A DNA stretch of 64,000 nt from Podarcis vaucheri. Its lineage: Eukaryota. Positions 27,301-39,300 of this stretch are shown here, one piece after another (position 1 is the stretch's first letter; the number at the start of each line of letters is the position of its first letter). The position numbers and the translations under genes were made by a program. The notes beneath the pieces were generated by a model. The model was not told where the DNA came from. It ran no database searches and was given only the letters and a program-made list of their open reading frames with translations. Location of the stretch: assembly GCA_965113315.1 (NCBI GenBank), contig OZ220375.1; one strand, 5' to 3'.

Positions 27301-30300
27301 GCCATCTTGGGAAGGATAGAGGACCATCTTGCTAAACCTCCTGCTGTAGGGCATGCTACATCAAGATTATCATGCTACATCAAGATTATCATAGTGATTA
27401 GATTTAGGAACATGTTAAAACCACCATTATATGTTTCAAAACAACCCAGCCAAAGCCAAGAAAGCAGAAGTTGGACAGTGAGTTGCTAACCTGAGCATTG
27501 TGAAGATGTATCGAGGGCTGGCACAGTCTTTCCCACCATGCAGCCTGGTGCCAAACTGGCCAATGGGCTGAAGCAGATTGAGGTTGTTGCTGCCCACAAA
27601 ATTCTGAGCCAAATTGATGATGGTCATCATCAGTGAGGTCTGAAACCAAAACATAACAAACTGAAGCTGAAAGCATCTCCTTTTAAAAAGGGACAAGGCC
27701 ACCATCCTGGGACTGAAGAAATAGTGCTGCAAAGGCAAGATTACACTGGCCACAAACATCGGCCAGAAGAACACAAACTGACAGAAGCTTTAAGCATTTG
27801 TGCATGCTGCTCAGACCATTTGGGACAGAGCAGGGTTGACATTTAATAACATCAATATCATTATAATCATAAAGCAACAACAAATACAAGTTTGATTATG
27901 TAAACACTGTTTGAGCAGTAGTACTGCTTCCTTGGCAGCTCATGGTTATTACTTGCCCAATCCCCACCCACATTTTAACTACCTCTCCATGGTGGTAAGA
28001 CGACATCTCAGCTATTGATCCAGCCAACTGGGCAACCTTCACTTCCCGCTTGTCATTTCGTTTGAAGCATGTGAACAGAACTTTCCTCTGACCTGGTTTC
28101 AGTCCTGAAAAGAACGACAAGCAGGTTGCTTCAAGTCAAGCAATGGGCTTCTTTCCTTCGATAACCAGCACCTCTCAGTTAAGGCAAGGATGCCAGTTCA
28201 GCACTCAACAGATTCCCTGGAAACTTTCTTGATAGTTTGGTGCCTATAGACAAATGCTGCTCCCACATTTTAGTGGTTATTGATATATATATATTTTAAT
28301 TTTATTTTTATTCCTATGATGAATTTTGTTTTTTACTGTACAGGCTGCTTGGATAAATTAGTAGAAAACTAGGATAAAAAACCCCAAACTCCCTCCAATG
28401 CTGCATCACTTTGAATACTTAGGTGCAAACAGAAGTGCAATAAGCTATTTTTGTTCTCTTACCACTGGTTTTCTATACACCCACCCACCTTATATCACAG
28501 CAAATAATTAAAGTAGTTTACATTTTCAAATACTGTACTCTGAATTCTGCTTCAAGCAGAAGTGTTCAAAATAAAATTATTATACTTTTACACCTGCTGT
28601 TATTATAATGTCCCCACCTGCTCAACCTGCCCTTGTTGCCTGGGTCTGCTAATAAAATAATGACAGCTATGTTTATAAGGGGAACTATGTTTGAAATAAC
28701 AGGAAACTTGATCTAGATTATGAAGAAGTATAACAGATAACTTACCATCAACTAGTGAAGGGATGGATCTCTCATTGTCAGAATTTGAGAAGAGGACAAG
28801 TTCTTTGTTGATAAAATCATTGTAGGTCAGGTAATTTGTACTTTTGCCATATAAGTAAACCTACGAGTGACAAAGCAAGATTAAGTTATCAAACCTTCCA
28901 AACTGCTGCCTCTACTATAGTAGCCTTCAAGTGTCATCCCCATCATAGCACAAAGGAAACAATATACTCTGATGCAAACATATATAGGTACTGAGAACTG
29001 CTAGCAAAGGGCAGATCCAGAAATGCAGTCATCATTTGAGCTCATCACTGCTGACTCCCAAGTCAAAATGTTAACTGCCTGCATTGAGGTCTTATGTTTA
29101 ATATGACAACCGCTGTGAAAAGCTTGGTCTGTGTTTAGCCCTGGCAACTGGGTATTTGTTGTTGTACAGTGATGAACATGCATGCAACAAACTCTGAGCT
29201 CAAGAGGGCACAGGAAGAAATTGCAGGAAACTTCAATTGTTATACGCTAGTGACACTTTAGCTCTTCCTCCTTTACTTTCATTCTAATCCATTATCACAC
29301 CATAAAACAAGCTTCTTCCTCCTTACCGTTTCACGGAGGGGCAAAGCAACACATGGTGTTAAATGTGATAGTTTTTAAAGCAAAAACACAGATGGATCTG
29401 ATCAGGGCTATGGTGACATAATTCAACCCTCCGTCCCTTTAACCAGCTGCAATCTTAAGGAAAATCACCCCCCCCAACTGTTATTTGCGTTTGGAAGCAA
29501 ACTTTCATTAGCTCCAAAGCAGTGGAAAAAAAAGTGACTGCTCTATTGTCCTGCATTTTACCCACAATGCATTAACCCCCTGGCCAACTACTGAAATAAT
29601 GCTTGACTGTCAAAAACCTTAGCCTTTTAAGAAGGTGCCTTATATCTAGTCTGTTCCCTCTAACCAGCAGCAGCTCTCCAGGGATCCAGACAGAAATCTC
29701 TCTCAAGTTTCCTGCAACCTGCCAATGCTAGGGATTCATCCTGGACCTTCTGCATGTGAAGCATGTTTTGCCATTGAACTAGTCCTTCCCCAAACCATGT
29801 AGTGAGAATCCCATGCTGCTCTAATGGGAACTCACGTCTGGAAGGCCATGAAGCTTCCTCTCCCTTCGATCTTGCATGAAGTTTGTCAGCCACTCCTTTC
29901 GGTCATCAACCTTTTTTTTGCTAAAGGCCTAGGACATTAACAAAATGATTAACTCAGACTAGTCTGGGATGGAGTGAGAAAAAAATTGACACTTACTGAA
30001 GCCGTTTAAATTCTTCTCAGTTTCCACTAAATTACCCACAGGCTTAGGCTGCCAGTCTAGAACTCTCTCTCAGAACTGGACAGTACCAAAGTCCACTAAG
30101 AGAAGTTAGTAAAGTCAAATTAATGACTGGGTCCAGCTTAAATCAAGAGACATTCAAGATCAGGAATTCAGGAATATGGACAAATACAGTCAGACACCCT
30201 GGAAGGCTGTTGAGTCAGAGGGCTTATCTACATTGCAGCCAACCATAATGCAAATATGTACAGCTGTGGTAATTGATGGGGTTTCCCTTCACTTCACTGT

Positions 30301-33300
30301 CAATTTAACTGCCATAAAATCTTGAAGTCGATCCCCTGCCCCCCCCCCAATGCTGTGCTATCACATGCCAGAAAGACATTCTCCAAACTTTGTTAAGTCA
30401 AGCACCACCAAGCTTTGCTGGTGTTTAATGATGGGAAATGGCCAGATTCAGATACCAGAAGTTTCTGAACATTTGTTTCCAGGCTATCTAAAGTGTAGTG
30501 CTCTTGTTTCTTCTAATTGACTCTGCAAGCTTCTCTGCATGAGAACTCTTCTAGTTGACATGCAAGTTTCTATTCTGCCTAGAAACAAGCAGAAGGCTCC
30601 TGATGTTTGCGATATTCCTTCAGAGAAGCTGAACAGCTGGTTTAAACTCGTTCTGTTATTCACTCAAGGTCATGCTGACCATAGTAATAGGCCAGAAGGA
30701 GCCCGGGTTTCGCCCTTTCTCTTTCCTTCTGGTGTGGTGTTCTTTACATAGCATGCTTAGTGTTAAGGTTTTAGTTTTATTATAAGTTATTGTAAGTTTA
30801 AGTTAAACCTGCTGCAACTTAACTCATGGATAGTGCTAATCCAGATGTATCTGATTTGTGACCATTATGCACATTTGCCTTCAGTAGCAGGAAAGCTCTG
30901 ATGGATGAAATATTAATTGCCTCTGGTCTTTTTTCTTCTTTTTGAAATCCTGCAACGTGTCTAAGTCTTTTTTACTCTATGTTAGAATCTGCTCTGGATC
31001 AATATTGAGCAGAATTCTTGATACATTTGTCCAGGGACATTTATGGATATATCAGATAGTTCCAACTTTAAAAAAGAGAAAGGCTTATTTCTGGTAGGAT
31101 CACTCAACATTTTAAAAGCAGATAATGATTACTGCCTAACTATTTTGCAGGTGTAATCCCCAAGCAACAGAGGATAGAAGCAATTTTGTTACCAGAGTAA
31201 TCGCAGCATCATCTTCAGGGCCAGAATACTTGAAAGGTATTCGGTGCCTTGTCATCTCTGCAAAGTACTCTTTCGCTTCCTTTGCTGTGCTGGTACCCAG
31301 ACCTAGAGAGATTAAGGACAGATAACACCACTAAGATCCACAAATAAAACCTAGGCAACTTAAGATATCCTCCACTGCATGTACAAGTCTCTCTCTATAT
31401 ATATCTTGAAGCAAAGCACATTTACATAAATCTGGGGTGGCTAACCTTTTGCACATATTGTTGGATTCCAAACTCACATCATCCTGAGCAATGCTGGTTT
31501 GGGTTGATGGGAAACCAACATCAATTGGAGGATGACAGGTTAGCCACCCCTGAGATAAAAAAACAAACCAAAGGCTTCAGAGTTAGTATCCCATAGCTAT
31601 TAGGTGCCATGCTATGCAGTTTATTTTCTTTGTATCATCTACAACTGCAGTCCAAGTCCAATATTAAAACAGTGCATCAACCCAATATGGAACACTACAA
31701 AGAGGAAGAAGAAAGCTGTTTCGAAAGAATTGCAGCAGGGAAAGTGGTTTAAGTACAATAGTGGGATTCCTTATTCAGGTATGTCTAGTGTAAGCTTATC
31801 ATAGCTCTCTCCAGCAGACACAAAAGTGTTAGGTAAGTACCTTATTTGTTGAAACTTTGGCAATCAAAATGCCAGTCCATACAATATATAAAAATATATT
31901 AGGTTTCTGGTAGACCCCCACCCCCAGGATAAGGGAGTTCCAAACAGAACACCAACTGTTTATGTTACTACAGGCGAAGACTATTTTGGATGAATCCAAT
32001 TGTTGCATGACCAGCAATGTGCGGGTCCTTTTGGACAAAATGGAGGGCGAAATGGGGCAGGCTTATGTGTGCTTAGCTGACATGTGGGGGAACCCCCTCG
32101 CAAAATGGTCACTGCCTGTATAGCAAAGGTATTGCCAAGAGTACTTTCAGCTGACCTTGGGGTTGCTTAGGGTAAGTTAAGTGCTCCAAGATATCCCTTT
32201 CACATTCTCCGCCTTTTCTACATAGAAACTGGAAATGTGGTTATAGATAAAGCCCTTCAATTGCTTTTTCTGCCAGAGTTTACATGGAATATTTAATGTT
32301 TCCTCGGAGGCTGTTTACTAGTCTTAACTATCTAGCAGACACCCAACAGTTCTCATATGATTCAAGTTAGCTGTGTTAAAAATAGTTTTAACCAAACCTT
32401 TGTAGTACTTGATCTTCCAGTTTTTGTGGTTAGGAGTGCTGGCTTTCCATTCTTCATATTCAGGAATGCTATAGAAAGAAATCTCCTCTTTGTTTTTGGA
32501 AACCTAGTTTGAAGTAAAAAGTAACAACGGGAAAGCATTTTAAGACCTAAGATTCTAAACAGTGGAATTTAGGGGAAATGTTCTCAACTGGCTCAAGTGG
32601 TCACTCAGGAAGGGGGTGGAGGAAGAGCAAGCTTACCTTTACAATGGGAGTAATGAACTCTTCCAGGAAACGGTGTCTCAAAAGAGATGGCCAATTATGG
32701 TGTATGAAGTTAATAAGCAAGCCTTTGATGTGAGAACCATCTTGATCCTAAAGTGTTTCAGAAGACAAATTTTAGCCACTGGCAACGTGAAAGTAGAACT
32801 CAAGAGCATGGAGCACCCATCTTTTCAGTGACCAATGCTAGCCAACAACTCATTACGATACCAGTATGATCAAACACTTGGCCCTAGACTAGTTCTAACT
32901 TACTATGGTTTAGTCAAGGGACCTTCTTACATATTCAGTTGGATCTGTACATGGAAAGGATTAAATAAAGGATAGCAGGTCCAACATAGCAAAAGGTGGG
33001 CTACATGATGGAACAACTCCATTGATAGGTGTTTAAAACACTCCCTTAAAGGGACCACCTCCAGTCTTTCTTCAGGTTTCTTTTAAAGGTGCTCCATCAG
33101 ACATTTGGGATGTAACTAGAAGTGTGCATTTACTGTTGCTTCATTTTTTAATTTTCATAATAAAATTAACAATTAAAATTTGTTTTATTCAGAAATTTTG
33201 AGTTACAAAGCAATACAGAGGTGTGGTAACTAAAGATAAGTACTGTTCCATGCTGATAGCTTTCACCTGTGGTTCTTAGAAGCTGAGTGCAGGGTAGGGA

Positions 33301-36300
33301 CCAAAGGTGGACAAAACTACCCCAGGAGGAGCACGACATGTCCCCCACCAGTGGTACTACCCCTCCACTAACACCTCATATACCCCCAACCCTCATAGTT
33401 TAACTATTTTATCAGCCCCGCATGCAAACAAAATATTTGTTTCACGGTACTGTTACTGTTGGCAGGAGATACGCTTGCCCATGAGAAAAAGACTGACCTG
33501 ATCTGTCATTATCATTATTCTCCCATAACGCAGAGTCTTTAGTGATTCTTCATCATCATAGCTCTTCTTATATTGCAGACCAACTATCTTGATAATGTTG
33601 TTGATTTCAGCATTCTCCATTATCTGAAAATGATCAGTTTTTCTCTTTATTCAGCGTTATTCCAGGTCATGTGGCCAGCATGACTAAGCCGCTTGTGGTG
33701 CAATGGAACACTGAAGCCAGAGCAGCGCACAGAAACGCTGTTTACCTTCCTGCCAGAGTGGTACCTATTTATCTACTTTCACTTTTTGGTGTGCTTTCGA
33801 ACTGCTATGTTGGCAGGAGCTGGGACCGATCGGCAAGCCCAAGAGGCTCAGTGGTTTAGACCACAGCGACACCCACGTCCCTAAGATTCAGTGTACAAAC
33901 TATCAACTTATGGATCCTGCCTATTTAGACAGATATTGATATCTTGCTTTTAAACTTGGCTCAACCCCTTTTTGTCTAGAAGACTGATCTACAACGGGCA
34001 AGTTGGGATCCACTAGTGGGTTGTAATAGGAGCACCACTACCAGGCAAATATATAGTAAAATATTTAAAAAATGGGCCCCCAAATGTATGCTTAGTTTAA
34101 AAGTGGGTCCTGAGTCTGAAATGGTTGGAGATACCTGGTCTAGACTGCCATGGGTTACTAGCCTCAAAGTGCTTAACACATCTTAAAAGCACTTTAACCA
34201 AGCAGATTTTGCACCTCACAGCCCACTGAGTATCCACTGAGCAGAGCAGAAGTTGTCCTTGTCAACAGCTTCCATTGTGACAAGGTTTGGAAACGCAATC
34301 TCTTTCCTGTTACAATTTAGAAAACAGTTGACAGCTTTTATATACAATACCTAAAGCAAATTAAAGCCAAGTAAGATCCATGATGGAGTTTGCAAAGTAC
34401 TGCCAACTCACCTGTTTGTGGGAGGCTTCCCGAACATTCAGCAGCTTTCCACGCAGAGGAAACACTCCAAATTTGTCCCTGCCCACAACTCCAAGACCAG
34501 AAACAGCTAGAGTTTTAGCTGAATCACCTTCTGTCAGAATAAGGGTACAGCTGGTAGAATTCTTGCTCCCTGGAATGAGAATTGAGCACCTTAATCCAGA
34601 CAACTCCATTTACCTACATGCTCATCCTGTTTAATCAGGACTGGCTGTCAAGTTTCTGATTGCAAGAGTAGATCTGTCTCATGTTTCAGTCAGGCACAAT
34701 TAGCAAAAGCATAGAGTATTGGGCAAGACAACAGACAGCAGCTTTACCCATGATGAAAGAAAGCTCTATATGCACAGAAGAAAGGATTTAGCTCTTTTCC
34801 AAACTGCAGCTTATGTGTAAGCAAAGCTGTTAGTCCTTTCTCTCTCTAAGTCCTTAATCATCAATCAGGCCAGTTGCTACCACTGGTCAGGAATCTGGGT
34901 CCCTGTACAGAAGGGTATTTAACTTCTTAAAAGTATCAAAAGGCTTTTATGTTTGTAACCATACTGCGATACATACCAGCATCATTGGCATCATCTAGTT
35001 TAGGTATCCCTTTAATTCTGCTGTATTTTACAGAAGAACATTTCTTGTTCAGCTGAGCCTGGGCTTTAAATCTGACCCAGTTCAAAATGTTATCCACTAT
35101 GCCACAACTGCTTACCTAGAAAGAAAGAAAAAGCTGTCTGCTAGAAGCAAATATGATACAGAACATAAGGCTGAAGTCTTTTTTGCTTCTCAGTTTGTTT
35201 TGCACCCAATTCCAGCTCAAGACAACTCCAAAACAATTAAACAATGACAACACAATGCACCCTACAGCACTTACCCCCTTGATAAACTTTTCGCTCAACT
35301 TGCATGTTGAGCCAAAACTCTTTGCTTGAAGGGTCATGTTCTCCTTTGTTTGGGAGTCAAAAGTTGGATTTTCAATCAAGCAGTTTACAAAGACCCACAT
35401 GTGATTCTTCACCTAGAATTAAAGGGAGGTGTTATAAACTACTAATGTTTAGTTTATTGGACAACCTCATCTCTCAAACTTCCCCAGCTGGAAATGTGAT
35501 ATGTACCCATGTTGTTAATTAAGTTGACGAACTTGGCATTTAGTAGAATCTATTCCCAGGTTATGGAAATTGTTTTCCAAAAGAAGAATAATCAAGTTTA
35601 TTTAAAAAGTGATGGTGGGGAGGGGTGTGTGAAGCAAGATGCCTTCAAACAAGATGAAGAACATGACAGAAATAACTAGCATGTAGAAAGCAGCATTTTT
35701 ACCAAGTTGAGCTTCTCAGGCACAGGTAACAAAAGCTGTATCAGGTAAGTTTTATATAACAATGTTCCATTTTCTATATAACAATTAAAGGTAGTACAAG
35801 AGGTCCATCTACCTTAGCATCTAGTCATGCTTTTATTTAAGGAATTTTTCTGTTAAAACTATCGCCTAATCTGCAACTAGAATTGTAGAGTGCTGTAAGA
35901 CAGCAAAGAGGCAAACTTTTGAAATGAGGTCTAAGAAGCCTAAACTTAAACAGGGAAATCTGAGATTTATACCTGGAAAGGCTTCACTGACACTCCAAGT
36001 TTGTTCTTTTTCTTTACCATATCAATGAGTTTGGTGACAAGCTGGTCAGCAACATAGTCTACGTGTCTACCACCCTATAACGAAAAGAAAATCCAAGAAT
36101 TAATGAACGTTTAAAGGAAAGCCTACCACAACATATCATGAGTTTGGTGAGTCTTAGAGTGTGTGCCTTGGCAAGCAGGATTTGTATTCAGCACATTTGA
36201 AATTAGAGCTCCTGGATGGAGCCAATTCCTGTTGATCAGCCTGACTTGAGTTCAAGCTGGACTGCAAAAGAAGGAAATGATTGGAACATACTCCAAATCC

Positions 36301-39300
36301 TTTCCTTTGAAGGTCACTCATCTGACTTCATGGCCATGCAACAGTCACGTGACTGACAAGCGGACAGCCTCGTTAACTTGTCAAAATGGCCTAAGGGGGA
36401 AGCTCAGGATCTGGTCCACAGGTTCTCCACCCCTGCTATATTTAATTAGATAGAGGTAGATTGGCTGAGGAATAAAAGCTCCAAACTAGCTTCAAGAATG
36501 GATCTGGCCTGTAAGCTGATGGCCCCAATAATATTATGTATTTACTGTATTATGTAATACAGTAAAAACATTTACAATGCTTCTATAATAAATCAAGGAG
36601 ACTTGTTAGGTTTAAGGTCTCATTTCCAAATCCAATAGCTACCATATTAGATTCTCTCCCCCCTTAAACGGATGATTTGTTTTCCTATAATTTAGCAATA
36701 CTGTAACTGTTTCGCCATAAACAAGACAGATTAAACATATTCAGACTACAGAGCTGTAGCTGGTTACCTTTGTTGTAGCAATGCTATTGACGAAGCTGAC
36801 TTGCTGGAAGCCCTTTTCACTCATTGTTACACAGACTTCCCACCGATCATTCACTTCTTCATAGACTACTTTCAGTAGATTGCCAGTTTCATCCACCTTG
36901 TCCTTTATATACAGATCTACATAACTGCGGAATCCGTCGATCTGTAAATGACATAGGTATGTTGCAATGTTTGCAGAAAGCTTTTACCTCATTTTTAACG
37001 TTTTAGGTGAAGATGGGTATAGCCATCCAATTAACTCTAAAACATTTTAAGACTGGTTTCCCCAAATCCCAATCCAACACCTCATTGCCAAAAAGGGGAA
37101 GAAAAACAGTGAAAGTCATTCACTCACGAGTAGATTCTTTCCATTCAAGAAAACTTTGACACCTTTACTTGATCCTGCAATATCATAAGCTCTCCGAGAC
37201 ATTAGAGCCACAATATCTTTGTCCAGTGTGGTCATTTTAAATTTTGACAGATCGGGCTGGAAGGTGATGCATGTGAAGTCCTCACCATTAAAGTGCTTCA
37301 ATTTCATCTCTCCAGCCGTAGACATATTATCAGTCCAAGTCTGAGGAAGAAAACAGTTTACAATTTTATGTACAGAAACGACTAGATTAATTTCTTTAGC
37401 TACAGCTGATAGTTCCTAATCAAAGAACAGCATATTTTTTGTGGGCTCTACTTTTAGCTTAGTCACTTTTGCAATTTTCAGTTAGGTACTGAAGATGTAC
37501 AAGCACAACAGTTTAAAATGCTGACCAGCTGATGCCTGAACCTTTACAATACAGTGGTACCTCGGGTTAAGGACTTAATTCGTTCCAGAGGTCCGTTCTT
37601 AACCTGAAGCACCACTTTAGCTAATGGGGCCTCCTGCTGCTGCACCGCCGGAACCCGATTTCTCTTCTCATCCTGAAGCAAAGTTCTTAACCCGAGGTAC
37701 TATTTCTGGGTTAGAGGAGTCTGTAACCTGAAGCGTATGTAACCCACGGTACCACTGTATGTGGAGTAAATTTAGAAGTTGGTTTAATGTGCACATGCGC
37801 ATGTGTCCATGTATGTACCCAAATAACATTTGGGCCCAGGATCTTAAAAGCGCACAATACCTATCATTACAAGGTTCCATGTACCTGCTTAAAGTGCTTC
37901 TTATATTCTCTGCATGCAGTTTCCACAGTAAATTTGGTACTGAAGATGTTGCAGAGTTTTGCTCCATAACCATTTCGGCCACCTAAAACAATGTATAAAA
38001 CAAATCAAGTTACTTACACCCCATGAAGCTTTGCAGAGTTTAGGAGGTATACAGCCCAATCCTAGGCATGTTTACTCAGAAATAAGTCCCAATGAGGGCA
38101 CTAGACACTTACTCCCAAGCAGGCATACACAAGGCTGCAATCTTGAAGATTTGCTTGTTGTTTCAAGTGGGATTAAAACTCAGCATTCAAACCTTAAATG
38201 GAGTGTTCCCATCTTCCAACAAGAAAGCCCATATATGTGGCCCATTTCTATATCCTTCCCTGTAATATCAGTATTGTTCTATGCCGCTAAGGCTTGGTAC
38301 CATGAGGCACTTTGAAACTTCAGTTCCCTCATCTATACCTCAACTCTTGCCTTTAGCTCAACAGTAGGAAGTTAGCATAACTTGTCCAGTATACTGATTT
38401 CAGAAAACAGGGTAACTATAAAACATGGGTTACATATTTTTAAATAATGCATATTAAATCAACTATTCTTTACCCTTCAACCACTCTTCTGCACATAATG
38501 AAAGAGACAAAGCTGTAGTGAAGAGACATGTTTTTCAAAAGGGCTAGTCCCTTAAGACATAATTTCCCAGCTGGTTAATTTTTTCTATTAAGGTTTTCCT
38601 CTACCTGTGACTTTCTTCTCATCATCATCGTAATTGCTGGAGGTCAAAAGCTGTCCAAAAATAAGAGCCGGCACATAGACTTTCTCTACTTTGTGCTCTA
38701 CAACAGGAATCCCTTTTCCGTTGTTCCACACAGAGATTGTGTTATTCTCTCTAGAAAAAGAAACCAAACTCTTTATGAATCAGGAACACAAAAAAACCTC
38801 CATTAATGGAATTAGCTCCCTATTCTACACAAGTGTTAGTAAGCAATGACCACCTGTCCACTGCTCCAGAAATTTCTCATTTCTAAAGACAAGATTCTTA
38901 TTCACCTTATGATTTTCAGCTGCAAACCCACTATTGGGTTTGTTTACAAATACAGAATTCAAAACTAAGCCCATCATAAATAACTGACATAAAAGTCATA
39001 TTTATATACAAATTCTGCAAAAATGAGCAACAGACAACAGGGGGCAATCTAAGCCTGCAATTCTTAAAATAGTTTACTACAAAGGTTTTGAATAGGACTT
39101 ACGGGTCAATCATAACTTTGATACATGACATGTTCTTATCTCTCTGCTTGTTATCAGCAGCATTGACTGGAAAAAAATGAAAACACGAACAAAGCTTATT
39201 AGTAAAAAATGAAGTACTTAATGATATTTCTTAGCTTGGCATTAAGAACCAGTCCCAGTAATCACAAGTTAACTGCATTTGTCGTTGTGCCATTCACTAC

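Noticed and set aside
28990-29060. Box C-like RTGATGA motifs in TOP2A intron 17 (possible C/D snoRNA)
   Set aside because: No suitably placed CTGA box D or terminal stem was found.
30870-30955. Minus-strand [11 protein letters not shown] segment resembling a duplicate of TOP2A exon 17
   Set aside because: No pyrimidine tract, an early stop, and the similarity is limited to a Lys run.
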